Notes under the pieces: generated by a model
What the model was told of the DNA's origin: nothing
The model's database searches: none
Seen by the model: only the letters and a program-made list of their open reading frames with translations
Source of the DNA: the human T2T-CHM13v2.0 reference genome, Homo sapiens
Assembly (NCBI RefSeq): GCF_009914755.1
Contig: NC_060929.1
Reading direction: 5' to 3' (one strand)
DNA: 64,000 bases
Position numbers and translations under genes: made by a program
Shown: piece by piece, positions 12,332-24,460 of the stretch
How positions within the stretch are numbered: position 1 is the first letter of the stretch
Layout: each line of letters opens with the position of its first letter

Positions 12332-15067
12332 TGATATGATTTAGCTGTGTCCCCACCCAAGTCTCATCTTGAACTGTAACTCCCACAATTCCCACATGTT
12401 GTAGGAGGAACCTGGTGGGATGTGTTTGAATTATGGGGGCAAGTCTTTCCTACGCTGTTATCGTGATATTGAATGAGTCTCACAAGATCTGATGGTTTAA
12501 CAAGGAGAAACCCGTTTTGCTTGACTCTCATTCTCTCTATTGCCTGCTGCGATGTAAGATGTGCCTTTCACCTTCTGCCATGATTGTGAGGGCTCCCCAG
12601 CAGTGTGGAACTGTGAATCTAATTAAACCTCTTTCTTTTGTAAATTACCCACTCTGGGGGTATGTTTTTATCAGCAGCATGAAAATGAACTAATACAGAA
12701 AATTGGTACCAGTAGAGTGGGGAGCTGCTGAAAAGATACCTGAAAATATGGAAGCAACTTTGGAACTGGGTAACAGGCAGAGGCTGGAACAGTTTGGAGG
12801 GTTCAGAAGAAGATAAAAAAATGTGGGAAAGTTTGGGACTCCCTAGAGACTTGTTGAATGGCTTTGACCAAAATGCTGATAATGATATGGACAATAAAAT
12901 CCAGGCTGAGGTGGTCTCAGATGGGGATGAGGAACTTGTTGGGAAGTGGAGCAAAGGTGACTCTTGTTATATTTCAGCAAAGAGATTAGCAGCATTTTGC
13001 CCCTGCCCTAGAGATCTGTGGAACTTTGAACTTGAGAGAGATGAGTCAGGATACCTGGTAGAAGAAATTTCTTTTTCTTTTTTTTTCTTTTTTTTTTTTT
13101 TTTTTTTGAGACAGAGTTTTGCTGTGTCTCCCAGGCTGGAGTGCAGTGGCACCATCTTGGCTCACTGTAACCTCTGCCTGCCTGGGTTCAAGCGATTCTC
13201 CTGCCTCAGCCTCCCGAGTAGCTGGGGTTACAGTTGCCCACCACCACACCCGGCTAATTTTTGTATTTTTAGTAGAGACAGGGTTTCACCGTGTTGGCCA
13301 GGCTGGTCTTGCCTCAGCCTCCTGAGTAGCTGGGATTACAGGTGCCTACCACCACACCCAGCTAATTTTTGTATTTTTAGTAGAGACAGGATTTTCCCAC
13401 GTTGGCCAGGCTGGTCTCGAACTCCTGACCTCAAGTGTTCCCCCCACCTCAGCCTCCCAAAATTCTGGGATTACAGGTGTGAACCACTGGCCAGAAGAAA
13501 TTTCTAAGCAGCAAAGCATTCAAGAGGTAATTTGGGTGCTGTTAAAGGTATTCAGTTTCAAAAGGGAGACAGCAAAAAAGTTTGGAAAATTTGCAGCCTA
13601 ATAATGCGATAGAAAAGAAAATCTCATTTTCTGAGAAGAAATTCAAGCTGGCTGCTGAAATTTGTATAAGTAACGAGGAGCCTAATGTTAATCTCCAAGG
13701 CAACGGGGAAAGTGTCTCCAGGGCATGTCAGAGGTCTTCAAAGCAGCCTGTCCCATCACAGACCCAGAGGACTAGGAGAAAATGGTTTCATGGACTGGGC
13801 CCAGGGTTCCCGTGCTGTGTGTAGTCTAGGGACTTGGTGCCCTGTGTCCCACCCACTGCAGCCATGACTAAAAGGGGCCAAGGTGCATACAGCTCGGGCT
13901 CTTCCTTCGGAGGGTGAAAGCCTTAAGCCTTGGCATCTTCCACGTGGTGTTGAGCCTGCAGGTGCACAGAAGTCAAGAATTGAGGTTTGGGAACCTCCGC
14001 CTACATTTCAGAAGATGTATGGAAATGCCTGGATGCCTAGGGAAAAGTTTGCTGCAGGGGCGAGCCCTCACGGAGAACCTCTGCTAGGGCAGTGTAGAAG
14101 GGATATATGGGGTTGGAGCCCCCTCACAGAGTCCCTACTGGGGCACCGCCTAGTGCAGCTGTGAGAAGAGGGCCACCATCCTCCAGACCCCAGAATGGTA
14201 GATCCACCGACAGCTTGTACTGTGTGCCTGGAAAAGCCAGACACTCAACACCAGCCCGTGAGAGCAGCCAGGAGGGGGGCTATACCCTACAAAGCCACAG
14301 GGGTGGAGCTGCCCAAGACCATGGGAACCCACCTCTTGCATCAGCATGACCTGGATGCGAGACTTGGAATCAAAGGAGATCATTTTGGAGCTTTAAGATT
14401 TGACTGCCCTGCCAGATTTCGGACTTGCATAAGGCCCGTAGCCCCTTGGTTTTGGCCAATGTCTTCCATTTGGAATGGCTGTATTTATCGAATGCCTGTA
14501 CCCCCATTGTATCTAAGAAGTAACTAACTTGCTTTTGATTTTACATGCTCATAGGCAGAAGGGACTTGCCTCATCTCAGATGAGACTTTGGACTTGTGGA
14601 CTTTTGAGTTAATGCTGAAATGAGTTAAGATTTTGGGGGACTGTTGGGAAGACATGATTGGTTTTGGAATGTGAGGACATGAAATTTGGGAGTGGCCAGG
14701 GGCTGAAGATATGGTTTGGCTGTGTCCCCACCCAAATCTCATATGGAATTGTAACTCCCACAATTCCCCCATGTCATAGGTAGAACCCGGTGGGAGGTCA
14801 TTGAATTACGGCTGCGGGTCTTTCCTGCCCTGTTCTTGTGATAGTGAATGAGTCTCACGAGATCTGATGATTTGAAAAGGACAAACCCATTTCTCTTGAT
14901 TCTCATTCTCTCTTGCCTGCTGTGATGTAAGACATGCCTTTCACCTTCAGCCATGATTGTGAGGCCTCCGCAGCCACGTGGAACTGGGAGTCGAATTAAA
15001 CCTCTTTCTTTTGTAAATTACCTAATCTTGGATATCGTTATTAGCAGCATGAAAACCAACTAATACA
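12332..15067 (+). mobile_element. Full-length THE1 (ERVL-MaLR): 5' LTR 12332-12697, internal region, 3' LTR ~14708-15067
   Basis: Both LTRs read (t)gatatg...ccccacccaa...ctaataca; perfect TSD GATAC at 12327-12331 and 15068-15072; internal MaLR ORF remnant ([25 protein letters not shown]). Confidence 0.95.
13073..13492 (-). mobile_element. AluS with a 108-bp internal tandem duplication, nested in THE1-int
   Basis: Perfect 13-bp TSD AGAAGAAATTTCT at 13060-13072 and 13493-13505. Confidence 0.93.
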
Positions 15068-15450
15068 GATACATTGAAGTTCTCAGAGTTCCAACAGAGA
15101 ACACATCTCTTTAACACAGTGTCTCCCAAAATATAATTTAATAATCATTACTTATTAATAATCCACAGAATAATGCAGTGTTTGAGATTCCTCCATATAA
15201 AATATAGTCTACTATGAACTATCTGATAATCCAGGTTAATTTGTAATCTGCTTTCAATCCATCTTTCCGACTTTAGTTTCACCAGGAAGTCTATACTCCA
15301 TCCAAAATGAACTATGTACTTTTTTCCGCAAGGATCCAAAAAGTGTTCCTCTGATGTGCCTTTTTTTGCTTATGTTTTCTTCCTCTTTATGGAATGCCTA
15401 TCGCCTCTCCCTTTTTACTTTTCCATGTTCAAAACCAAAAGTGCATGTAG

Positions 15451-15808
<358 letters not shown>

Positions 15809-15850
15809 TGAACAAACATTTTTAATGGTGTCCGTGCAAAGTGTATCTAA

Positions 15851-16230
<380 letters not shown>

Positions 16231-16519
16231 TGAGAGAGTTGGTATTGAGTTTTTCAAAGGAGGCAGAGGTGATCAGGTTAGTTTTAATGGAGAGGGTAGG
16301 GCCTACATCATATCTTGATGAAATAATGTAGGCTGATAACTTTTTGCATATATGATTAGAAGCTTTAAAGTCATTGGACACTGCTCTGGATGGGCAGACT
16401 TGGAAAGGAGATGGTTTGCTCTGCAGAGATGCTCAACCTTTTTTGGCTTAGATACATGAATGGCGGGTTGCTTCCTAATACGTGATTTGATGACTGAACA
16501 ACTGTTAAGGGCACCAAAT

Positions 16520-16820
16520 TCAGTGGTGTAAACATCTCAAATCGAATCCTGCCTTTGCTCATTGTTACTTAACCTTCCTAGGCTAGTGTCTTCCTCTGAC
16601 AACTAGAATAACAATGCCAATATCTTAAAGTCAAAGCATGAATTAATAATACACTGCATGTATTCATGCATGGACCCTAGGATATATGCAGTGTATTATT
16701 AATTCATGCATGAATATAATACACTGCATATAATAATAATGAATTAACATGCACGAATAATACAATGCACATAATAATACACTTTACATAATAGATTGGC
16801 ATGTAGTAACTTTCTATATG
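16520..16820 (+). mobile_element. Degenerate MIR containing an inverted-repeat rearrangement
   Basis: cgaatcctgcctttgc...ttacttaaccttcct...aataacaatgcc...ttggcatgtagtaac. Confidence 0.55.
16636..16732. repeat. Overlapping inverted repeats (24-bp and 17-bp perfect arms)
   Basis: 16636-16659 is the reverse complement of 16686-16709; 16683-16699 is the reverse complement of 16716-16732. Confidence 0.95.
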
Positions 16821-18959
16821 TGGATACTGTTATTTACATTATCCTTCTTCATCTGTTTGCTACTCCTCCTCTCAGACAAAGCCAGGAAGAATTCTATGGC
16901 ATTTTATCCATATTCACCACTTTGAAAGTCATGAAGCATTCTTAACAACCTATATATTTTATGAAAAGAATAAAATTATAAACCACTACCGTGGCCACAT
17001 TTTAAAAGATATAATATTTTATCTATATTGCATTATTGCCAATTCAAATTTAGTTATATAATAAAGGAATTATATAATTTAAACTGTTGACCATCTCTTG
17101 TAGCTGGAAAAATGTCCTGTTTTACATGGTAGCCCTAACCTTTCCCAGATTACCACAGTCTGATGTTTTCAGACATAATTCATTTGCAGTAAATAGATTT
17201 TATTTTTAAAATGGTCTATCCAGCCCTTTATATGTTATAACCAGATCCAGTTTTAATGAGATAACTATAGATAATAGGGTCATATTTTCATGTCTCTTAA
17301 ATAATATATTGAGATCATTCTACTTATAACAATGTAATGAAAATAAATGTTTTTTTGTTATTGAATAGAATTTCCATAATACAATGAGTTTCCTGAGATA
17401 AAAGCTTCAATGCTAAGTGAAATGTAGAACTAGGACAATGATCCTAATGGAGAGATGGCTAATAGTGTTCATCCAATGTGCCAACTTCAGCCCATTGGAA
17501 ATGGCTTCCTGGATCCCCGCATTGAAAAGGATTATGAAGCATAATCTAGGCTTGGAAACAAAATGTGTCACATTGGTTATTAATATAGGAGCTGAAAATG
17601 AGGGTCTTCTGTACATATCATTTCTGTTCAAATGAAACATATATATAATGTCCATAATAACTAGAGCATGAAAACAAACAAGAAACTAGAATATTTTCTA
17701 TTCAATATTGTGGTAAATATTGGACATCCTGAAAATAAAAAGGCACTATGTAATATGAATCCTGGGCAACCTTTGATCCTTCTTTTAATTTTCTTTTCCT
17801 TATGTCTTCTATCTTCCCAGTCTCCCCCCATCCTCTCTTCTCTTTCCTTCTTCTGCTCTGTTTCTGGGTCTCTTTCTCTTTCTTTTCTCCTTTTTCCTTC
17901 CTTCTTCTAACTTTTTGTGCATCTACAGTGTGCTTGGATACTAAGCCAGGAGCCCAAGTAAGTCAACAGTCTGTGGCAGATTAGAAAGGCAGCACTGTTT
18001 GGTTGTATCCAATCGGTCATTTGTAATTAGTCCTGATCACATAGAGGACTCCAGCTGGCTTTTCCTGACCAGCATATGGATGTTCCAAACTGCTATTTGC
18101 TAACCTCCTCCCCAACTTCCCAGCAAGCTAATGACCCAGGAGGCAGCCATTTCCCACCCCACTCCTAGAGGTAATGGAGAGCAGGCTGCGTTGAAAATGC
18201 CTGCATGCTCAGCCATGCATAGAATCTTTCTAGGACTGCTCTCATTCATGGAGAGTTAATTGTCCTTTGGGTTTCCTAGGTATTAATCTAATGTCTACCT
18301 GAATATTAACTCTTTTTTCAAGCCCAGCTAAAGGCACCTTTTGCCATAATACTGAGCATATGCTAAAAGTAATCTTTATATACCAGTTTGAAGGGAGGCA
18401 AAGTGATATTCCAAGGAAATTTAGCATTAACCACTGGCTGTTACCCATCTCTACATTAGCCAAAGCTGATAATTTTGTATCGTTTGGATTCCCTCAATTC
18501 TTCATTTTTCAAGTAAAATTGCTCTATAACGCTATTGATAAATGTTTTTGGAAGTCACTCATCAAATATCTTGCATACTTTATCAGCGTGTGCTTCATTA
18601 AATGTAATTTGGGTTTATTCAACTGTTTTTCTGCTTTTCTATCAGCTGAAACCCAGAAATCCTCTTTTATCATATTCAATGGGGAAAAATCAATTGCAAA
18701 GTAATTTTGCTTCCTATTTCATCTGCAGATAAGTTGCTGTTGCTGATATGTAGTCCTGTGGTATGGTCTTAACCCTTTCTCTTGGATGGAAATGAGAGGA
18801 AGAAAAATTACCTCCCGCTTTCATACGTATGTTGATGAAGGGCTGAAGAAGTCTTTCTCTACTTCATAATAATTTTATTTTTCTCCTTTTGGAAATGAAT
18901 TTATGTGCTTCTCTTGCGATGATGGGTAAGGCAGTGTAGAATATCTTCTCTTGGAAGGA

Positions 18960-19100
18960 TGTGCAACTATAGAGAAGGGTCACAGCTGGAGCATCCCTTG
19001 CTGAGTTTGCCTAGAATCTGGTGTCTTCTTTGCCACCTACTTGGCATGTGTTCTTGGGTAAACCCCCTAAGCTTTCTGGGCCTCGGGTTTTTGCTTTAAA
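18960..19100 (+). mobile_element. MIR fragment
   Basis: tgccacctacttggcatgtgttcttgggtaaac...ctgggcctcgggttt. Confidence 0.6.
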
Positions 19101-19274
19101 AATTTGTTTATGCCAAAGAAAAGAAGAGAAATTTTAAAAAGAAAAGAAAAGAAATGCATTCTTCTTTTTAAAATTAGGATGTTGTTGAACTATTTTCTCC
19201 ACCCTGAAATCTTGCATTTGAAAACCCAGGCCCCTTCCTCCCCTTTCAATGGGAAATTATTTTAATAAATTTTT

Positions 19275-19700
19275 ATCATTCTTTGACTCTTTTTTCATTC
19301 AGTGATATTTTCTGAGATCTGTTCTTATCATGTTGACACATAACTAGATTTGATTACTTTTAACTGTTTCTAGCATTACATTACATAAATGAATATTTTA
19401 TTCAACCAGTTACTATTCATACTATTATTTGCAATATGTCTTTATTATACAAAATGCTGTGATAAACATTCTTGCACATGTGTGTGAGTGGGCTCTCTAA
19501 ACCCATAACTAGAAATGGATTCTAGATTATAGAACAGTTTTTAATGTTTATATATATTGCCCAATTCCCTTCTAAGTAGTAATATCACTCAAGTTCCCAC
19601 CAGCAGCCTAGGAAATGTCCATTTCCCATGATCTTACCAACACTTGATATTGTTGATAGGAAAGTTGAACTTTTCTTGCCAATTTTATCAGAAAAAAAAA
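19275..19700 (-). mobile_element. Old L1 (L1ME-like) 3' fragment
   Basis: aatgctgtgataaacattcttgcacatg, tcccaccagcag, accaacacttgatattg motifs. Confidence 0.7.
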
Positions 19701-20380
19701 ATCCTTTTAACTAGTATTTCTTATTTCCATTTTTATTTAAATATATAAAGTGGGGAAATTAACTTTTCTAATAAAAATAATGAAAATTGATTTTAAAAAG
19801 AGCTTAAAATTTATTAGAGATTTAAGAGTTCTCTGAAGCATTTTTCAGAAATAGCATTGTTTGCCTGTGTCATGGAATTATTCATTCAGTAGGTTAAAAA
19901 ATTGCATAATATGGTCAAATTTTCAGTGAGAGCTCTCACTCCTAACATCCTTAGTGCAAGGGGTCTGCTATTTATGTGACCGTTCCTGTTGAATTTATCA
20001 TGGGTCAGTTATGAAAACACAGGAACCCTGCTCCAATTATTCAGAAGTCATTGACTTGGAGTTGCTCAATTTGCTTATACAGGAAAGAGTTGTTAAACAT
20101 TATCCTTTCTGGGCTAAAAATGAAGTTGCAGTGTGTACAGAAGTTTGCCAATGCACAAAAGGTCACACTGATTGATGGGCTTTGAAAATTGGCCATTTAT
20201 GTCAAGAAGGAGATGATGATAAGGTTTATTATTCTGTGAAAGTCTTCCAAGTGGTGAGGACATGTCAATAGCACAACTTTTTCTCCTTTTGCTTTATCCT
20301 TTGAAATAATGAGTCATGAAACCAGAGAGTTGGCATGCAGTATGGCCGGCTTCCTCATGCACTTCATAATGCTGATCTAG

Positions 20381-20602
20381 TAGTGGTTGGCAAATTAGTG
20401 CTCGGGTACCAAATCCAGCTTCAAGCCTGTTTTTGTAGATAAAGTTTTATTAGAACAAATTAAGAAAATCCCATTCGTTTATGTATTGTCTATGCTTTCT
20501 TGTCCCACAAAGACAGAGTTGAAAAGTTCTAACAGACCATCTGATGCTAAACTTAGAATTTTTACTCTCTGGCCCTTTGCAGAAAAGGGTTACTGATCCC
20601 TG
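20381..20602 (+). mobile_element. MER58A (hAT-Charlie non-autonomous element)
   Basis: ggttggcaaat...ataaagttttattagaac...ctggccctttgcagaaaagggttactgatccctg. Confidence 0.8.
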
Positions 20603-21384
20603 GTGGAACCTGCCGTAGACTTCATTTGAAAGTTTGATTGTTAATAGCTATGTGAATTCTGTGCTTTTATTACCTTGAAACATTTAAAGAACTTTTAGTA
20701 ATTCTCTTAGCAGATGGATTATAATTGTTGGAAGCTTATAATGAAATTCTAAGTTTATAAAATATTTTTGTTTGTCCTAAAAGAGGTGAGGATAATAGTA
20801 TAAGTACTTCTGAAATATGTTTTGCCTCACAGTAAACATTAATTTAAACCATGTATTTTGTTTCCTATGTTTTCTAATTTATTATTAAAATAATGTCACC
20901 TTTAACTTGAAAACAGGGGACTTATTTTACACAGTAACTCTTTAACTTTTAAAATTAAAAAAGACAGTTAAATTATGGTTTATGGATTTTTGTAGTGTTT
21001 AATTTAATGGTAAGAAATCTGTCTTATGATTACGCAAAACATCTGTTTTTTTATCCCAGTAAGTTAATTCATTAAGTTCAAAAAGTCTTACTTAAAATAG
21101 CCCTAAAATATTAGCATATTCATTGGCACATAAATGTTTAATAATTATATTTTATATTTCCTTAATTTGTAGTGACTATTATTATGGTGGTAGATAAGTA
21201 AGATAGTCTCCAGAGATTCTACTGATTCAAGAAAATACTACGAGCCTCATATTTTAATAGCATGTCTTTGTCATAAAGAAGAACCACCATCAAAGTCTTG
21301 AGAAACACAATATTAACTTTCTTTTATATTTCTACACTTCCAATATCCAGTAGATATGTCTCAAAGTCATACACATTTGCTCAT

Positions 21385-21394
21385 GCACACATGC

Positions 21395-21429
<35 letters not shown>
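21385..21429. repeat. (CA)n, imperfect
   Basis: Seen directly. Confidence 0.9.
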
Positions 21430-22049
21430 ATCCTTAATTCTGCCATGACAAAAATTACATTGGTGACTTTCACATGTAACAAATGAACAAGCTGTTAACT
21501 AAGAAAATTCAGACATTTGGGGACAACTAAAAGTCAGTATAAAACTAATGAATTGCTGGAAGGCAAATCAGAAATTACTGTTGGCAAATATCTAAAATAA
21601 GAACAGAAATAATCACACCTGAAACAAACTCAAGTTGAAAGATGCATCCCTACTTATACTTCACGTAGAGAAAGAACCTATAGAAGTAGGTTACTGATCC
21701 TACAATGAATAAAACCAGATTCCTCTTCCAAAACTTGTTGCAATTCACCAATTCATTAGTTTTTACTATATTGTTTGTAGTAATTTTATGCTAGTAAGAG
21801 TTTATGCTGAACCAGGAATATGATGGGAATCTGTGTCTTTTCTAATCTGTAGCCTACGTACCTGGCACTGGGTAAAAGCTCAGTAAACTTTTGCAATAAA
21901 TGAGCATTGGGGCAAGTATTAAAACAGATTATTATACTGAAAATACGATTCTAGGAAACGGCCCCCAAGCAAGTGTGATCAAACTCAGTACAGACACTTT
22001 ATTATACACATTTTCTCATCACTTACACATCAAAGTGATCACAGGTTCT

Positions 22050-22190
22050 AAGTCTGTGAGCCTGTTTTCCCATTTGGAAGAATAAGTACAATAATGTTAC
22101 CTATTTGCTAGGGTTGATTTGAGCATTAAGAGTTATTATATATTAAGCACTTAGAAAAGCCTGGTATGTAGCAAATAGCTCAATATTACC
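22050..22190 (+). mobile_element. MIR fragment
   Basis: ataatgttacctatttgctagggttg...aagcacttagaaaagcctgg. Confidence 0.65.
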
Positions 22191-22419
22191 TGCTTGTAAT
22201 AGTAGTAGCACTTGTAGTGGTAGTAGTATTGATAGTAGTAGTATCCAAAAGCATCTTTTGATATCCCTACATTTCCCCATTTAATGTGTAAATAAATAAT
22301 ACCAATATTAGCAAATGCATTGTCTAGAGCATTCATCATCAGAGATAAGTGTAAGCCAATCATGTTTGTTCATTCCGAAGATACTTACTATATGTCAGGC
22401 TTATTATAAACCATATGAT

Positions 22420-22481
<62 letters not shown>
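22420..22481. repeat. (TA)14(GA)17 compound microsatellite inside an antisense L2 fragment (~22365-22640)
   Basis: Counted directly; the flanks carry L2-like motifs. Confidence 0.9.
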
Positions 22482-22485
<4 letters not shown>

Positions 22486-22689
22486 GAGTCAGGTGTTGTC
22501 TTGTTGTTGGGCAGGTAGATTGGAGATGAGTAAAGCTCTTGTCCTGCCCTTGATGTGCATGCAGCCCAGGAAGGGAAACATTATGTAAGCAAGTAATTTC
22601 AAAGCCGCATAACAATTTTATCCAATGCAAAGTTATAGACTATGAGAAGTCAGCAGCAAATAACTAAAAATTGTTTTAAATGGAACTTG

Positions 22690-22845
22690 TACATACATTT
22701 TATCCTCCCAATAACCCTACAATATCAGTCTCACCTATGAGAAAGCTAAAAGGTTGAGTCACAACCCTAGAATATCCTATAGGCAGTGTAAAAAAGGCAG
22801 GATTGAACCAGGTCTTAAGAGTCCACAGCCTGTGGTTTTCCAGCC
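22690..22845 (-). mobile_element. MIR fragment
   Basis: cattttatcctcccaataaccctac...ggcaggattgaaccaggtct. Confidence 0.6.
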
Positions 22846-23902
22846 CCTCTGCCATTGCTTGTCTGGGAGATGGAAAGTTTTGGCTGGGACATCCCTCACT
22901 CAATGGTGTAACTGCCCAAACCGTCCCTGGTCTGGACGCCACAAATGGAGCAGAAAGAGAAAGGGAGAGAAGCCATTTCATTGTAGGACTCTTGACCACA
23001 GTCTGTTCAGTCTGGCCTGGTTTCTTCTTGGTGCTTATGTACGTGCTAATTGCCATGGCTAAATGGTGTCATTGTGGATAATAATGCTGTGATGAAATGT
23101 TTAATCTCCCCTAGGGTTTGGTGGACATTTTCAGCTGCTGATCTAGTGATAAGCTGGGCAATGGGAGGGAAGCTACTCCGCTTCAAAAATTATCTTCTTG
23201 TTTCCGGGTAATCACTTGTTGGCAAATATATTAAATAAAGACTGATATTTAAATAAAAGTGCTTTGAACTGGGATAAAATATTTATACACAGTTTGAATT
23301 TAGTGTTTTGTCAAAGGTTTTTCTCCTCCTGGACTCTGAAAGGCGAGTGAACACTGAAAGACTGTCTCTCTCATCTCTCACCTATTGATGAGATCCATCC
23401 AGACCAGGCTGAAAAATCTTGTGATCAGTGCATGTAAGCATTCCCTCCTGGTCCTCTACCTCTAAAGCCTGGAAGAGATCTACACATACAAATAGTGGCC
23501 CAGCACCCCATTTTCTCTGTTTGGCATTGATTAAATCACTCCTTCATCTAGTTTGGAAAGTTTATCATCTAAAGCTGTATCCACACATTTCTTGGGCCAG
23601 TTACACTGTTAATTTCTTATACCATTCTAATATGTGACTTGGAACTGATCCGTTGCTGTGTATAAGAAGTCCAGAAAACTACCTTCACTTTGTTTTATTC
23701 TTAGTTTGCCTGAACTGTTACCCATAACATTTTATCCCCAACATATTTTGTTATGAATACCTTCAAACATGCAATAAAGTTGTAAAAGTTATGGAGTAAA
23801 CCTATCAACTTTTTTGGGGGGGGGATTTGTACCCATGTGATGTCTAACTTTTGTGACTTAGCTAGTGTCTTAATTTTTTACTCACCCCATCTCAGTTTTT
23901 GA

Positions 23903-23904
<2 letters not shown>

Positions 23905-23950
<46 letters not shown>
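23905..23950. repeat. (CA)n
   Basis: Seen directly. Confidence 0.95.
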
Positions 23951-23954
<4 letters not shown>

Positions 23955-23984
23955 TACATACAGATACTTTCTAGGTATTAGTTA

Positions 23985-24216
23985 TGGGTTGAGTATCCTT
24001 TATTTGAAATGCTTGGAGCCGGAAGTTTTTCAGATTTTTTATAATTTTTAGATTTTAGAATATTTGTATAATACCAGTTGAACATCTCAAATCCAAAAAT
24101 CCAAAACTCGAAATGCTCCAAATGAGGGTTCCTTTGAGCATCATGTGGTGCTTAAGAAGTTTTGGAATTGGAAGCATTTCACATTGGGGTTTTCAGATTT
24201 GGAATGTTCCAAACTG
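23985..24216. mobile_element. Tigger4a/MER46-type TcMar-Tigger MITE
   Basis: ggttgagtatcc...gaaatgcttgg...aaatgctcca...cctttgagcatcatgt, with flanking TA dinucleotides. Confidence 0.85.
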
Positions 24217-24259
24217 TATAACAAATGACTGAGTGTGTGGAATTTATATTGTACTATAC

Positions 24260-24460
24260 CTGGATCTAAAGCTTCTGTGTGCCTCTAGGTTAGCCTCAGA
24301 GCCTCCCTCAGCCTCAATTTCTATCCTATGAAATACAGATAGCAAATCCCATTCTAAAGATTATTGTTTGAATTAAATAAAGCAACATGTGCTAAGAATC
24401 TGGCACAAACCCTGGCCCTAGCCCTGGCACTTAATAAATAGTAGCTGTTTTAAATTATTA
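24260..24460 (+). mobile_element. MIR fragment
   Basis: gcctcaatttctatcctatgaaat...aattaaataaagcaacatgtg...cacttaataaatagtagct. Confidence 0.65.

Noticed and set aside
12794-14527. ORFs of 80-237 aa as a novel gene
   Set aside because: Decayed MaLR internal ORF fragments, one reading through an antisense Alu.
17417-17655. Short ORFs on both strands in unique sequence
   Set aside because: No recognisable protein and no convincing splice-site pair; length within chance.
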